Made by a program: the position numbers and the translations under genes. Below are positions 29,022-37,466 of a stretch of 64,000 bases of DNA, piece by piece; positions within the stretch are counted from its first letter, which is position 1, and every line of letters begins with the position of its first letter. The DNA is from Clostridia bacterium. Its GTDB lineage: Bacteria > Bacillota > Clostridia > TANB77 > CAG-508. Under the pieces are notes generated by a model that worked only from the letters and a program-made list of their open reading frames with translations, was not told the DNA's origin and made no database searches. The stretch covers positions 10,112 to 74,111 of the forward strand of contig JAAVZW010000027.1 of assembly GCA_022791835.1 (NCBI GenBank), read 5' to 3'.

Positions 29022-29368
29022 TTTACTTCCTCCTTGCTATTTCTTCTAGCTTTTAGTTCCTTATATTTGTCTAGCTTATACTCTAATTCTATATTTTCTG
29101 CTATTGCTTTTTTGTATTTAATTTCCAAATCATTGTATTTTTCTTCTTGTCTATGTTTTGTTTGATAAAGTCTTTTCAATTCATTATCTCTTGATTCTAT
29201 TATTTTTTCCTTTCCTTCGTTACTTCTTCTATTATATTCTGCTATATTTATGTATTTATTTACTATTCTTCTTATTTCGCTATATTCTGATACATTTAAT
29301 TTATTTTCAAGTCCTTTTATAAATATTATTTCTTCCTCTGATAATTCTATTTCGTTGTTATTATTCAT
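29015..29368 (-). CDS. hypothetical coiled-coil protein
   Basis: 117 aa, charged/coiled-coil. Confidence 0.4.
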   Translation of the reverse strand: MNNNNEIELSEEEIIFIKGLENKLNVSEYSEIRRIVNKYINIAEYNRRSNEGKEKIIESRDNELKRLYQTKHRQEEKYNDLEIKYKKAIAENIELEYKLDKYKELKARRNSKEEVKC

Positions 29369-29369
29369 T

Positions 29370-29630
29370 TTATACCTTCTTTCTAAAATCTATATCTTCT
29401 AAGCTTTCTTCTTTTCCTGTTCTAATGTAATTTATTACATCAACTAAAGCATTTCTTTTTACTAGTAAAATGTCCAAATGCTTTTCGTCAAATATTTTAT
29501 ATTTTCCACTGCTTTTATATTGACTGCTTTTTTTATATTCTTCTTTTAGTCCGTTTCTTTCTAAGTCAATAGCTTTTACTAATTCTATTAGAATATTATC
29601 TAATTCTTCTATATCTGTTTTATCGTTCAT
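29370..29630 (-). CDS. hypothetical protein
   Basis: 86 aa. Confidence 0.4.
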   Translation of the reverse strand: MNDKTDIEELDNILIELVKAIDLERNGLKEEYKKSSQYKSSGKYKIFDEKHLDILLVKRNALVDVINYIRTGKEESLEDIDFRKKV

Positions 29631-29649
29631 TTTGTACCTCCAAAAATTT

Positions 29650-29961
29650 CTAATATTTCAAGTACATAATACTCTTTTCCGCTTCTCTGCTCCCCATTCC
29701 GGCTTGCCTTGTCCGTATCCTTAGCTTGCATTTGCATATCATGCTTGGAGAAGTCTTAGAGTAGCCATTTCTAAATACTACTTCTTTTTCTGTTGTAGTC
29801 ATTTTTCTTAATACTTTCTTTGTATTGCTATCTATTATGTGATTTATGAAATAATTTCCTAATCTTTTAGTCCAATATGATTTTATTTCTCTATATTCTT
29901 CTTTCTTTTCTCCGCTTCGTATCATATCAAACCATTTGCGTTTAATCGGTAATACTAACAT
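29650..29961 (-). CDS. ASCH-domain-like protein
   Basis: MLVLPIKRKWFDMIRSGEKKEEYREIK... matches the ASCH N-terminal pattern. Confidence 0.4.
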   Translation of the reverse strand: MLVLPIKRKWFDMIRSGEKKEEYREIKSYWTKRLGNYFINHIIDSNTKKVLRKMTTTEKEVVFRNGYSKTSPSMICKCKLRIRTRQAGMGSREAEKSIMYLKY

Positions 29962-30254
29962 TGTTTTTTCTCGCTTTCTTCTAATAATTTTGAATTACTT
30001 TGTTGTAACAAATCTTGTACACATAGATGAGTTAATGTTTGAGTAAAATCAAGATTGTTCATGTTTTCGCTTGTCAAACGATTATGTATTACTGTTCCTG
30101 CCTTTAAGAATCCTATAAAAAACTGTGTTAGATTTTCTCCCTCTCCTAGTTCTTCAAACTCTATATGTTCATATTCTTGTTCTTCTTCATTGTGAAATAA
30201 ATTCATTATACTTGATATAATATTCTTTGTATATTCTTCATTTTTTCTTTTCAT
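29955..30254 (-). CDS. hypothetical protein
   Basis: 99 aa. Confidence 0.4.
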   Translation of the reverse strand: MKRKNEEYTKNIISSIMNLFHNEEEQEYEHIEFEELGEGENLTQFFIGFLKAGTVIHNRLTSENMNNLDFTQTLTHLCVQDLLQQSNSKLLEESEKKQC

Positions 30255-30267
30255 ATTTTTCTCCTTT

Positions 30268-30961
30268 TCAAATTATAAATTCTCGTATAAATCTATTAGC
30301 ATATTCTTTTGATATTAAACTACGCTCAGCTCCAGGGTTCGTATGTCCTATCTCTTTTCTCTCGTTCCAGACTTGAGCTTCTAGTATCATATTTTGACTT
30401 GGCTTTCTATTTATGAACCAATACTGTGTTGGTTTCTTATAGTAATCTCCTTTCATACTTCTGTCTGTATCAATTATGCTTGCTTGAATGGACCAGTACT
30501 TTACTAGATAATGTGTTGAACTGTAAGGATTCTCTATTATCAAAGCTATCTTCCTTCTAATACACACTATTGCTAGTTTTGTAACTAATTCGTAGAGCTC
30601 ATGTAGCTCTTTATGTAGTTTTAAATCATATTTTAGCTTTTGTTCATCGGTCCAATTCTTTTGGCTTGCACATGTTCCGCCTAAAGAAAAGCTGTATTTG
30701 ATTTTCGAACCTCACACAAGGGAAAAAAGCTAATATTGTATCTTCACTTTTGATATTGTTAAATATACTCTTCTCATTACTATATGCTTTTTCTATTTCA
30801 GCAAACAAATCTATTATGTAATCTGTTTCGTTAAACTCATCTTTAATATCGTAATCATACGCTTCATATCCAAGTTTTCTAAACTCATTCTTGAATGTTC
30901 CTGACTGTTCAAATAAACAATGATATGTCATTTCTTCTCTCCTATTTCCTTTTCTACACAC
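30268..30961 (-). CDS. DNA methyltransferase (Dcm-like motif I), apparent frameshift near 30600
   Basis: N-terminal part CLFEQSGTFKNEFRKLGYEA (motif I-like, LFxGxGG...GF), ...AFFPCVRFENQ. C-terminal part ...ALIIENPYSS... in an adjacent frame (track ORFs 30644..30961 + 30268..30567). Confidence 0.4.
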
Positions 30962-31129
30962 TTTAGTGCTGTTTTTAAGCTATCATATGCTCTTTTATTG
31001 TCTTCATCGTTTAAATCACAGCCTTCTAGTATATATTGAATTCTTTCTTCTATCCACTTTTTTGTGTCTTCTAAATTTTGCATTACCCTTCCCCCTATAC
31101 TTTTTTCATAAATTTTACTTGATACTTTG

Positions 31130-31363
31130 TCATGCCGTTGTTTCTATGCAACTATTATCTCTTGTTTTGATATATTTGTTTTTCCTTCCCATTTTTTTAT
31201 ACTGTTTTAGTTCCGCTTCTTCTATCTGATTTGTGTGTTTTATTCCTAATTCGTAGTAGTTAAAAGATAATCTAATACCCGTTTGCTCGTCTTCGAACAA
31301 TACATGATTTGTATATTTTTTTATTAGTTTCATTTGTCTACCGTGCCAAGTTGGTATTTGCAT
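31130..31363 (-). CDS. hypothetical protein (77 aa from the internal ATG)
   Basis: RBS GGAGGAG before MQIPTWHGRQ.... The upstream portion of the 122-aa track ORF overlaps the sigma-factor gene in another frame. Confidence 0.35.
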   Translation of the reverse strand: MQIPTWHGRQMKLIKKYTNHVLFEDEQTGIRLSFNYYELGIKHTNQIEEAELKQYKKMGRKNKYIKTRDNSCIETTA

Positions 31364-31365
31364 AG

Positions 31366-31905
31366 CTACTCCTCCTTGTTTTTTAATATAAAATACTTTA
31401 TTTTGTTTTCTATTCTTATTTTCTTTCTGCTTATTACAGCTTGTGTACATTTTAATTGTTTTGCTATTTGTATTTGTGTATATCCATTTTGGATCCACTT
31501 TACAATTTTCCTTTCCTGCTTATTTAGATTTTTAATTATACTTTCAATGCCATTTTTTGAGATTATATAGTCTTCTAAGTTGAAATCACTTGCTATTATA
31601 TCTTCTAGAGTTGACCCATTTTCTATTGTTTCAGCTTGTAATGACATTGTTTTCAATTTTAAGAATCTTTTTTGCTTTCTTAACTGTTGCAATATTTCAT
31701 TATTCATACATCTACATGCATATGTAGAAATAGTGCTTTTATCTCGATTATATGTTTTGCATGCCTTCCATAAAGCAAATTGACATATCTGTACTAAGTC
31801 CTCAAATTCAATACCACACATTCTATATTTATTTGCAATAACATATGATAATCGTATATTCTCATTAAACAGCTTCTCTGCATTGTTTTCTTTTGTTTGT
31901 TCCAT
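31366..31905 (-). CDS. sigma-70-family RNA polymerase sigma factor (phage-encoded)
   Basis: 179 aa, region 2 (...FEDLVQICQFALWKACKTYNRDKSTISTYA...) and region 4 HTH (...IQIAKQLKCTQAVISRKKIRIENKI...). Confidence 0.65.
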   Translation of the reverse strand: MEQTKENNAEKLFNENIRLSYVIANKYRMCGIEFEDLVQICQFALWKACKTYNRDKSTISTYACRCMNNEILQQLRKQKRFLKLKTMSLQAETIENGSTLEDIIASDFNLEDYIISKNGIESIIKNLNKQERKIVKWIQNGYTQIQIAKQLKCTQAVISRKKIRIENKIKYFILKNKEE

Positions 31906-31920
31906 GCTGCTGCCTCCTAT

Positions 31921-32075
31921 TTATTTTCTTTTTTCTGCCATGTTTTGCATTTTATGAACATGCCTGTGTGTTCGTCTGTTAATGAACATATGTACGGAAA
32001 GTCTTTAGATTGAGTATTACAATGTTCGCAAGTACTACAATTTTCATGTGCATTTAGTGTGTATTTACTTTTCAT
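31921..32075 (-). CDS. small Cys-rich zinc-ribbon protein (51 aa)
   Basis: MKSKYTLNAHENCSTCEHCNTQSKDFPYICSLTDEHTGMFIKCKTW.... The ATG overlaps the stop of the upstream gene (ATGA). Confidence 0.35.
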
Positions 32076-32805
32076 TTCTTAGCACCTCTTCCGCTTCGTA
32101 TTCTAAACTTTTAATGAAATAATTCAGAACGTCTAATACTGTGTAGTTTGCTTTTACAGCTACATATTTATTTGTATTGTGATATATTTGCAAGACTCTG
32201 TTTCTTGTTGCCTTGTCTAAATATGCTCTGTTTGAGCTAAAGTATATTTCTTTTATTGCATAGCACAATATTTTAAAGTCTTCTAAGCTCTTGCTGTTTT
32301 GTATGTAGTGTAACTCGTTTTTTGGCACATAGAACTCTAATCTTTTTAATATTGCTACTAGATGCGTCTTATCTGCAATCGCTATGTTTTCAAATTCGTC
32401 GCCTTCATTGTTTGATATATAATTAAAGAAATTATTTATTTTTATTATAATGTGTTCGACTGCCTGCTCGTTTGGTTGTTCGTCCGCTTGTTCATGTGCT
32501 TGTTCGTCCGCTTGTTCATTGTATAGTTTGACTATTGAATATTTAGAAGCATCGTTTTGATTTTTTCCTTTTTTGTAGATAATATAGTCATTGTCTATTA
32601 ACTCTTTTCTTGCTCTTTGTAGAGTGGAAATCGACAAATTAACTATCTTGCTCATGAAAACACTATTTGCTACTCTAAACTCACTAAGCCATCCCGTTAT
32701 TTTTGCAATGTTTAATAAAATTAGATACATTGCTATTGCAAACGCAGATACACGCTTATAGTCTAATGTAGAATAGAACGCACAGAGCTGTTTTTCGTAG
32801 TTCAT
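32065..32805 (-). CDS. putative phage replication initiation / replisome-organiser protein (DnaD-like N-terminal wHTH)
   Basis: 246 aa, N-terminal wHTH-like region, internal low-complexity (EQADEQAHEQADEQPNEQA) encoded by a 24-nt tandem repeat. Confidence 0.4.
   Translation of the reverse strand: MNYEKQLCAFYSTLDYKRVSAFAIAMYLILLNIAKITGWLSEFRVANSVFMSKIVNLSISTLQRARKELIDNDYIIYKKGKNQNDASKYSIVKLYNEQADEQAHEQADEQPNEQAVEHIIIKINNFFNYISNNEGDEFENIAIADKTHLVAILKRLEFYVPKNELHYIQNSKSLEDFKILCYAIKEIYFSSNRAYLDKATRNRVLQIYHNTNKYVAVKANYTVLDVLNYFIKSLEYEAEEVLRNEK
32476..32520. repeat. ~2 copies of a 24-nt tandem repeat (ttgttcgtccgcttgttcatgtgc) inside the replication gene
   Basis: Direct reading of 32470-32522. 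Confidence 0.6.
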
Positions 32806-32827
32806 TCTTTTGTTTCCTCCGCTTCTT

Positions 32828-33193
32828 TTATATTTTTGCTATCTTTTCGACTTTTGCACATGCTAAAGCTAAAAACAAACTGTTTGTTATTTTATGCTTT
32901 GTATTAAAATATGTTTGTACATCTATTGATGTAGAAAGAACTGCCGTTCTTAAAGCTCTTTCTACTTGTGAATATGACACATTGTGCTTTATTGCTAATA
33001 CATTATAGACATCTTTCATAGCGTAAAGTTCACATTTGATTTTTTCTGCAACTACATATGTAATTGCTTCTGTCCATAGTTGAAAACCTTTTAAGTCTTT
33101 TTTCATGTCTACATCTTCTAATACTTTTCTTACTGCATCTTTAATAATCAAGCCTTGTGTTTTGTTCTTTACAAATTCTTTTGACTTCTCCAT
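32828..33193 (-). CDS. Spo0A C-terminal (DNA-binding) domain homologue, stand-alone
   Basis: KGFQLWTEAI...VYNVLAIKHNVSYSQVERALRTAV...ITNSLFLALA aligns with Spo0A_C KGYLYLREAI...[24 protein letters not shown]...PTNSEFIAMVA. Confidence 0.6.
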   Translation of the reverse strand: MEKSKEFVKNKTQGLIIKDAVRKVLEDVDMKKDLKGFQLWTEAITYVVAEKIKCELYAMKDVYNVLAIKHNVSYSQVERALRTAVLSTSIDVQTYFNTKHKITNSLFLALACAKVEKIAKI

Positions 33194-33270
33194 TTTCTTT
33201 TCCTCCGTTATTGATTTTTTGTGATTATTGTGTTAGAATAAAAATGTGATGTTTGTTCAATCACTATGAA

Positions 33271-33717
33271 CTAGATGTGTTTTCGAGATTTGTCTAGTTC
33301 ATTTTTTATTATGAATTGTGTAGATGTTTTAGATATAGCTTTTGTTAATTCGTTAATTCTTTGTTGTTTTTCTTCTTCTGAAATATTCCAATCACTCAAC
33401 ACTCTAATATCATGCGTATATGATAATATTGTGCTTGCAAAATCAAATACTTCTCTTTTTAATATAAAATTGTCTATTGTTTTTGAATTATACTTTGAAT
33501 ATGTTATAGCTCTGCGTGCTTTTTCCGCTTCTAACTGTGTACGTAATTTGCATACTTTTGCAAACAACTTCACATTTGTTTTTGCTAATTTCATTACTGT
33601 CCAAGATTCTTTTTCTTTGCTATTCAAATTATTGTTTCTTCTGCTTTCGTCACTTGCTATAATAATTAGATATAGAACTATTGATAATATTACAAATATT
33701 GTAATTGCTGTTCCCAT
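33271..33717 (-). CDS. hypothetical membrane-anchored protein
   Basis: 148 aa, N-terminal TM (ITIFVILSIVLYLIIIA). Confidence 0.4.
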   Translation of the reverse strand: MGTAITIFVILSIVLYLIIIASDESRRNNNLNSKEKESWTVMKLAKTNVKLFAKVCKLRTQLEAEKARRAITYSKYNSKTIDNFILKREVFDFASTILSYTHDIRVLSDWNISEEEKQQRINELTKAISKTSTQFIIKNELDKSRKHI

Positions 33718-33808
33718 AGTTTCTTTCTCCTTTCTTTTCTTTAGATTTTGTATTTTAATATTAAAAATATTAATGATAATTTAATTTTTAATTCTACAAT
33801 TATTTTCT

Positions 33809-34057
33809 TCATTTGCTTTCCTCTAATGCTATTTTTAATTTTTCTATAACATCGTTCAAACTGTTTCTGTGAATTTCTTGATGTAAAGCAATATATTCTG
33901 CATTTACTCTATCGCTCCATCCATTTTCATAATAACGAACATTAAAAACATTGCAATGTGGATAATAATCAAAGAATGCATCTGCTTTTGTTCTAGTTGA
34001 TATTTCATAGCATAATCCTGCCACTTTTTCAAATAATTCTTTTAGTGTTTCTTCCAT
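33809..34057 (-). CDS. hypothetical protein
   Basis: 82 aa. Confidence 0.4.
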   Translation of the reverse strand: MEETLKELFEKVAGLCYEISTRTKADAFFDYYPHCNVFNVRYYENGWSDRVNAEYIALHQEIHRNSLNDVIEKLKIALEESK

Positions 34058-34227
34058 TATTTTTTGCCCCCTTTCTTTTTATTTTCGCTCCAGTATTGCT
34101 TACTTGTATGATAAAACATTAGTAGACCATACGAGCTATAAAGTACTGCTTGATATATGTTTATACCTTTCGCTTCAAACTGTATAAAAATTATAAATAT
34201 GAATATTAAACTAATTAAGCACAACAT
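34057..34227 (-). CDS. small hydrophobic membrane peptide (56 aa)
   Basis: MLCLISLIFIFIIFIQFEAKG... from the internal ATG 34227 with RBS GGGAGAGG. The 78-aa track ORF upstream part belongs to the HTH gene in another frame. Confidence 0.3.
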   Translation of the reverse strand: MLCLISLIFIFIIFIQFEAKGINIYQAVLYSSYGLLMFYHTSKQYWSENKKKGGKK

Positions 34228-34462
34228 TTTTGACCTCTCCCCTTTCTTTTTGCATATTCGTAAACTTCTTCGGGAAATAGCTCGTAATTCCATTTATTGC
34301 CGATTACTTTTTATTGCTACCCCGAAATTCTAGCCTCTTTTGTTTTAATCCGTTTCGAACAAACTGCGGGCTCCTTCCTATTATTTTCGCCGCTTCTGTA
34401 ACTGTCATTTTTTTAGCCTCTTTAATTTCTTGTGTCGTGTCGCCTTTTTTTAAAATTTCCAT
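34215..34462 (-). CDS. HTH_17/Xis-like DNA-binding protein, 2 apparent frameshifts at G and A homopolymers
   Basis: MEILKKGDTTQEIKEAKKMTVTEAAKIIGRSPQFVRNGLKQKRLEFG / VAIK / VIGNKWNYELFPEEVYEYAKRKGRGQKCCA assembled from three frames. Confidence 0.45.
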
Positions 34463-34475
34463 TTTTTGTCTCCTT

Positions 34476-34683
34476 TTAATTTGTAATTATATTTTTCAAA
34501 AAAGTATTTGCATCTACGTTAAGTGCTACTACTATTGCTTCAAATTCTTCTACTGGTAATTTTCGCTTTTCATTAAAAGATGCATTTAGTTTTGGAATTG
34601 GTATACCGTGTTTTTACTGATAATTCTGTTTGAGTAATATTATTTTGAATTAAAAACATTTTAATTCTTTTGCATATTGACAT
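34476..34683 (-). CDS. cro: Cro-like XRE-family HTH repressor, apparent frameshift at an A-run
   Basis: MSICKRIKMFLIQNNITQTELSVKT / GIPIPKLNASFNEKRKLPVEEFEAIVVALNVDANTFLKNIITN*. Divergent from the cI-like gene. Confidence 0.5.
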
Positions 34684-34710
34684 GTATTTTTCCTCCTTTC
34701 TTTTTTAAAA

Positions 34711-34800
34711 TTCAAATTTTCTTTGAATTTGTGTTTATTATATTCAAATTTTTTTTGAATGTCAATGCTTTTTTTATAAAAAATTCAAAAAATTTTTGAA
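34711..34800. promoter_or_regulatory. genetic-switch region with three TTCAAA-N6/7/5-TTTGAA operator palindromes
   Basis: 34711-34728, 34744-34759, 34784-34800, between divergent cro-like and cI-like genes. Confidence 0.55.
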
Positions 34801-34841
34801 TTTTAATATTTACTTTTCAAAAAAAATGTGGTATTCTAAGA

Positions 34842-35243
34842 ATGGAGGGTAATTCTATGTTTCTAAATAAAAAAATTAAACAAGCTCGTCTTGAGAAAAA
34901 ACTTACTCAAAAGGAATTTGCTAATTTACTTACTAAAAATGGTTATAAAACAAGTCATGCTACTGTTTCTAATTGGGAATTGAATATCAGTAGCCCAGAC
35001 GTAGATACATTACAAATGATTTGCAATATTCTTGAAAAAGACGGCAATTATTTTTTTGATTTTACTAATACTACTTTAAACAAACAAGAAATACAAAATT
35101 ATTATGGTAGTTATTCAATAGAATTATTAGAAAATTATTCTTTGCTAAATGACCTAGGGAGGCTGAAAGCAATCGAAAATGTAAAGGATTTAACAAAAAT
35201 TAATGAATACACTGAAACAAAAAACAAACAACAAATCATATAG
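34842..35243 (+). CDS. cI-like XRE-family HTH repressor
   Basis: 133 aa, KIKQARLEKKLTQKEFANLL...HATVSNWE HTH_XRE. Divergent to cro. Start may be the ATG at 34857. Confidence 0.65.
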   Translation: MEGNSMFLNKKIKQARLEKKLTQKEFANLLTKNGYKTSHATVSNWELNISSPDVDTLQMICNILEKDGNYFFDFTNTTLNKQEIQNYYGSYSIELLENYSLLNDLGRLKAIENVKDLTKINEYTETKNKQQII

Positions 35244-35324
35244 GCAAAATTATCCATTATGATTTTACCAAAAAACAGATATTAAGTGAAGAATAGTGTA
35301 AAAAAATAAATAGGAGGCACTTAG

Positions 35325-35783
35325 ATGCAAAATTTTATTATGAATAAAAAATATATATTAATACATATTTTTCTAGCAATTATTACATATGGCATATGGT
35401 TAATTATATTTATATATCTTAAGATTAAATATTCAAAAAATAATGCATTGACTAATGATACTATAGCATGGATTTTAAATGTATCAGGAGTAACATTCAA
35501 AAACGAAGATGGTTCACACAGACAAAAACTTATTTCTAATTTGCATTATAATCAAGAACTTTGTCTTGAGCCATATAAATATGAGAATAAAGACGCTATA
35601 TTTGTAAAAACATTAAACAATGAAATTCTTGGTAACATCTCTTCTAAAAACATTTTGGATGTTTCCAATAAAATTTTACAAAATAAAATTATAAAAGTAA
35701 CTGTTGCAGAAGCAAGTTCATTTTTAGGCGAAGAAAATGAGAAAATATATTATCTAAAGATTAAATTATTAATAAAAAAATAA
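35325..35783 (+). CDS. hypothetical membrane protein between repressor and integrase (superinfection-exclusion candidate)
   Basis: 152 aa, one N-terminal TM (YILIHIFLAIITYGIWLIIFIYL), own terminator downstream. Confidence 0.4.
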   Translation: MQNFIMNKKYILIHIFLAIITYGIWLIIFIYLKIKYSKNNALTNDTIAWILNVSGVTFKNEDGSHRQKLISNLHYNQELCLEPYKYENKDAIFVKTLNNEILGNISSKNILDVSNKILQNKIIKVTVAEASSFLGEENEKIYYLKIKLLIKK

Positions 35784-35828
35784 AACAAAAAAACGGATAA
35801 TGTGTTGTAATTTAGCGACACGACACAT

Positions 35829-35865
35829 TACCCGAGGCGTGAACACTTTGAAAAGTGTTTACATT
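35829..35865 (+). terminator. hairpin terminator GTGAACACTTT-gaa-AAGTGTTTAC + T-rich
   Basis: Perfect inverted repeat followed by attttgtatt. Confidence 0.45.
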
Positions 35866-35937
35866 TTGTATTATATACAAAATGCTTTCATTTTTCAAGT
35901 GTTTTCAAAAAATATTTGAAAAATGGGGGCATTTTAT

Positions 35938-37183
35938 ATGATTAAGAAAAAAAGAAAATATAAATATGGTAGTGTGGTGTATCTGGGAGAAAACCGTTCT
36001 CAACCATATATGGCTAGAGTAACACTTCGGATATAACAAAGGTGGTTATCCCGTCTATTTTTCATTAGGCTATTTTGAAGAAGAACTTGATGCATACATA
36101 TGCTTAAGAGACTTTAATAACAAACTATATGATTTGTATGTAAAAAAACAAGTATATGACAAAATAGACGTGTTCTCTACTTTGCCAGTTAAACTTTTTG
36201 TATCTGACGTCAAGCGAAAATACGAAGACGTTTCAACATACACATTCAAGCAAGTATATGAAGAATGGAAAAAAGTATATTTCCCCACAAAAGAAGAAAT
36301 CGAGGAGGAAAAAAGAACTCACAGGCGAACCCATGGCAAATTTTCTGTTGCAAATAAGGGCAATCTCGCTTCTGCTTTTAGCAATTGCAAGATTCTTCAT
36401 GATAGAATATACAGAGACTTAACTGACTTAGATTTTCAAGAAGTTATAAACAATACAAAACGGTTGTCGCAGTAAGCTCTACAATATACAAAATTTGTGT
36501 AAAAAACTAGATAAGTTTGCTTTGAGAAAAAAGATTATAGAAGAAGATTATGCAAAATTCATTGAGATTGACATTCAAGAAGACGAAACACATAGAAAGC
36601 CTTACACTTATGACGAAATCGCGTTCTTGTGGACCCTAAAAGGCAATATTTTAGTTGATATATTACTAGTGCTACTATATTCACGGCTTTAGAATAGAAG
36701 AATTGCTAGAGCTTGAAATAGTCAATATAGACTTAGAAAACGGAACAATGCTCGGAGGTCTTAAGACTGATAGCGGTAAGCATAGAATAGTACCTATTCA
36801 TTCTATGATACTGCACATTATACTACGATATTATGACAAAAAGAATAAGTATCTATTCACTGACAAGAACGGAAACAAAATCAAATACGATAAGTATTAT
36901 CAAGATTTTCTAAAATTCAAAAAAGAAAACAAAGAAAACTTTGATATTACACATGTTATTCACGAAACCAGGCATTCTGTTTGCTCTGATTTAGATAAAT
37001 ACGGAGCAAATAAGAAGTGTAGAGATATGATACTACGGACACAAAAGCAAAGAAGTTGGCGATAGAGTCTATAATCACAAAACAATAGAAGATTTAAAAA
37101 TTACTATTGAATTAATTACATATAAAGATACAAAAATTGTAAAATTCGATACACAAAAAACAGCTCTTGAAAAGTCTTCTTAG
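35938..37183 (+). CDS. int: tyrosine recombinase (phage integrase), fragmented by at least 4 apparent frameshifts
   Basis: Pieces: MIKKKRKYKYGSVVYLGENRSQPYMARVTL..., ...TFKQVYEEWKK..., ...LVDILLVLLYS/GFRIEELLELEIVNIDLENGTMLGGLKTDSGKHRIVPIH...HETRHS...ILGHKS...VGDRVYNHKTIEDL (R..HxxR..Y catalytic set), stop 37181-37183. Confidence 0.7.
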
Positions 37184-37200
37184 TAACAATCTAGTAACAA
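37181..37200. repeat. two TAGTAACAA arm-type-like repeats adjacent to attR
   Basis: tagtaacaa at 37181-37189 and 37192-37200; the same motif x3 occurs at 7632-7664. Confidence 0.4.
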
Positions 37201-37256
37201 ACGCAAATTTAAAATCGCTATAAGTACTGAAATATAGCGATTTTTCTGTTTTTAAA

Positions 37257-37267
37257 ATTTACATTCT
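37257..37267. repeat. attR core ATTTACATTCT
   Basis: Identical to 7501-7511. Here it is one end of a complete CRISPR repeat. Confidence 0.7.
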
Positions 37268-37286
37268 AAAATACTTAAATTATAAC
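37257..37286 (-). CRISPR. leader-proximal CRISPR repeat (single, complete) now separated from the rest of the array by the prophage
   Basis: atttacattctaaaatacttaaattataac is identical to repeats at 7435-7464. Followed on the minus strand by phage DNA, not a spacer. Confidence 0.8.
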
Positions 37287-37466
37287 TGGTCAATTTAGAT
37301 CGCCCATAATAATAGGGTTTTAGTGTTTGTTTCCGTCGATCTATGATTTATTTTATCATATTGTTTTAGCTCTTTAAAGATATTTTTTAAAAAAGCTTAT
37401 TTTTAGCGTTTTTTGTTATCTGTCGTTCTACTGCTTTTTTTGCATTATTATAGGTCGACAGTTCTT
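37287..37466 (-). promoter_or_regulatory. CRISPR leader (AT-rich, between the cas3 stop and the first repeat)
   Basis: 180-nt AT-rich non-coding stretch downstream of the last cas gene, immediately upstream (minus orientation) of the first repeat. The trailer-end repeats at the far side are degenerate, which supports this orientation. Confidence 0.55.

Noticed and set aside
31130-31498. 122-aa ORF overlapping the sigma-factor gene
   Set aside because: The upstream 45 aa overlap the sigma-factor 3' end in another frame. An internal ATG with a GGAGG RBS right after the sigma stop is the plausible start.
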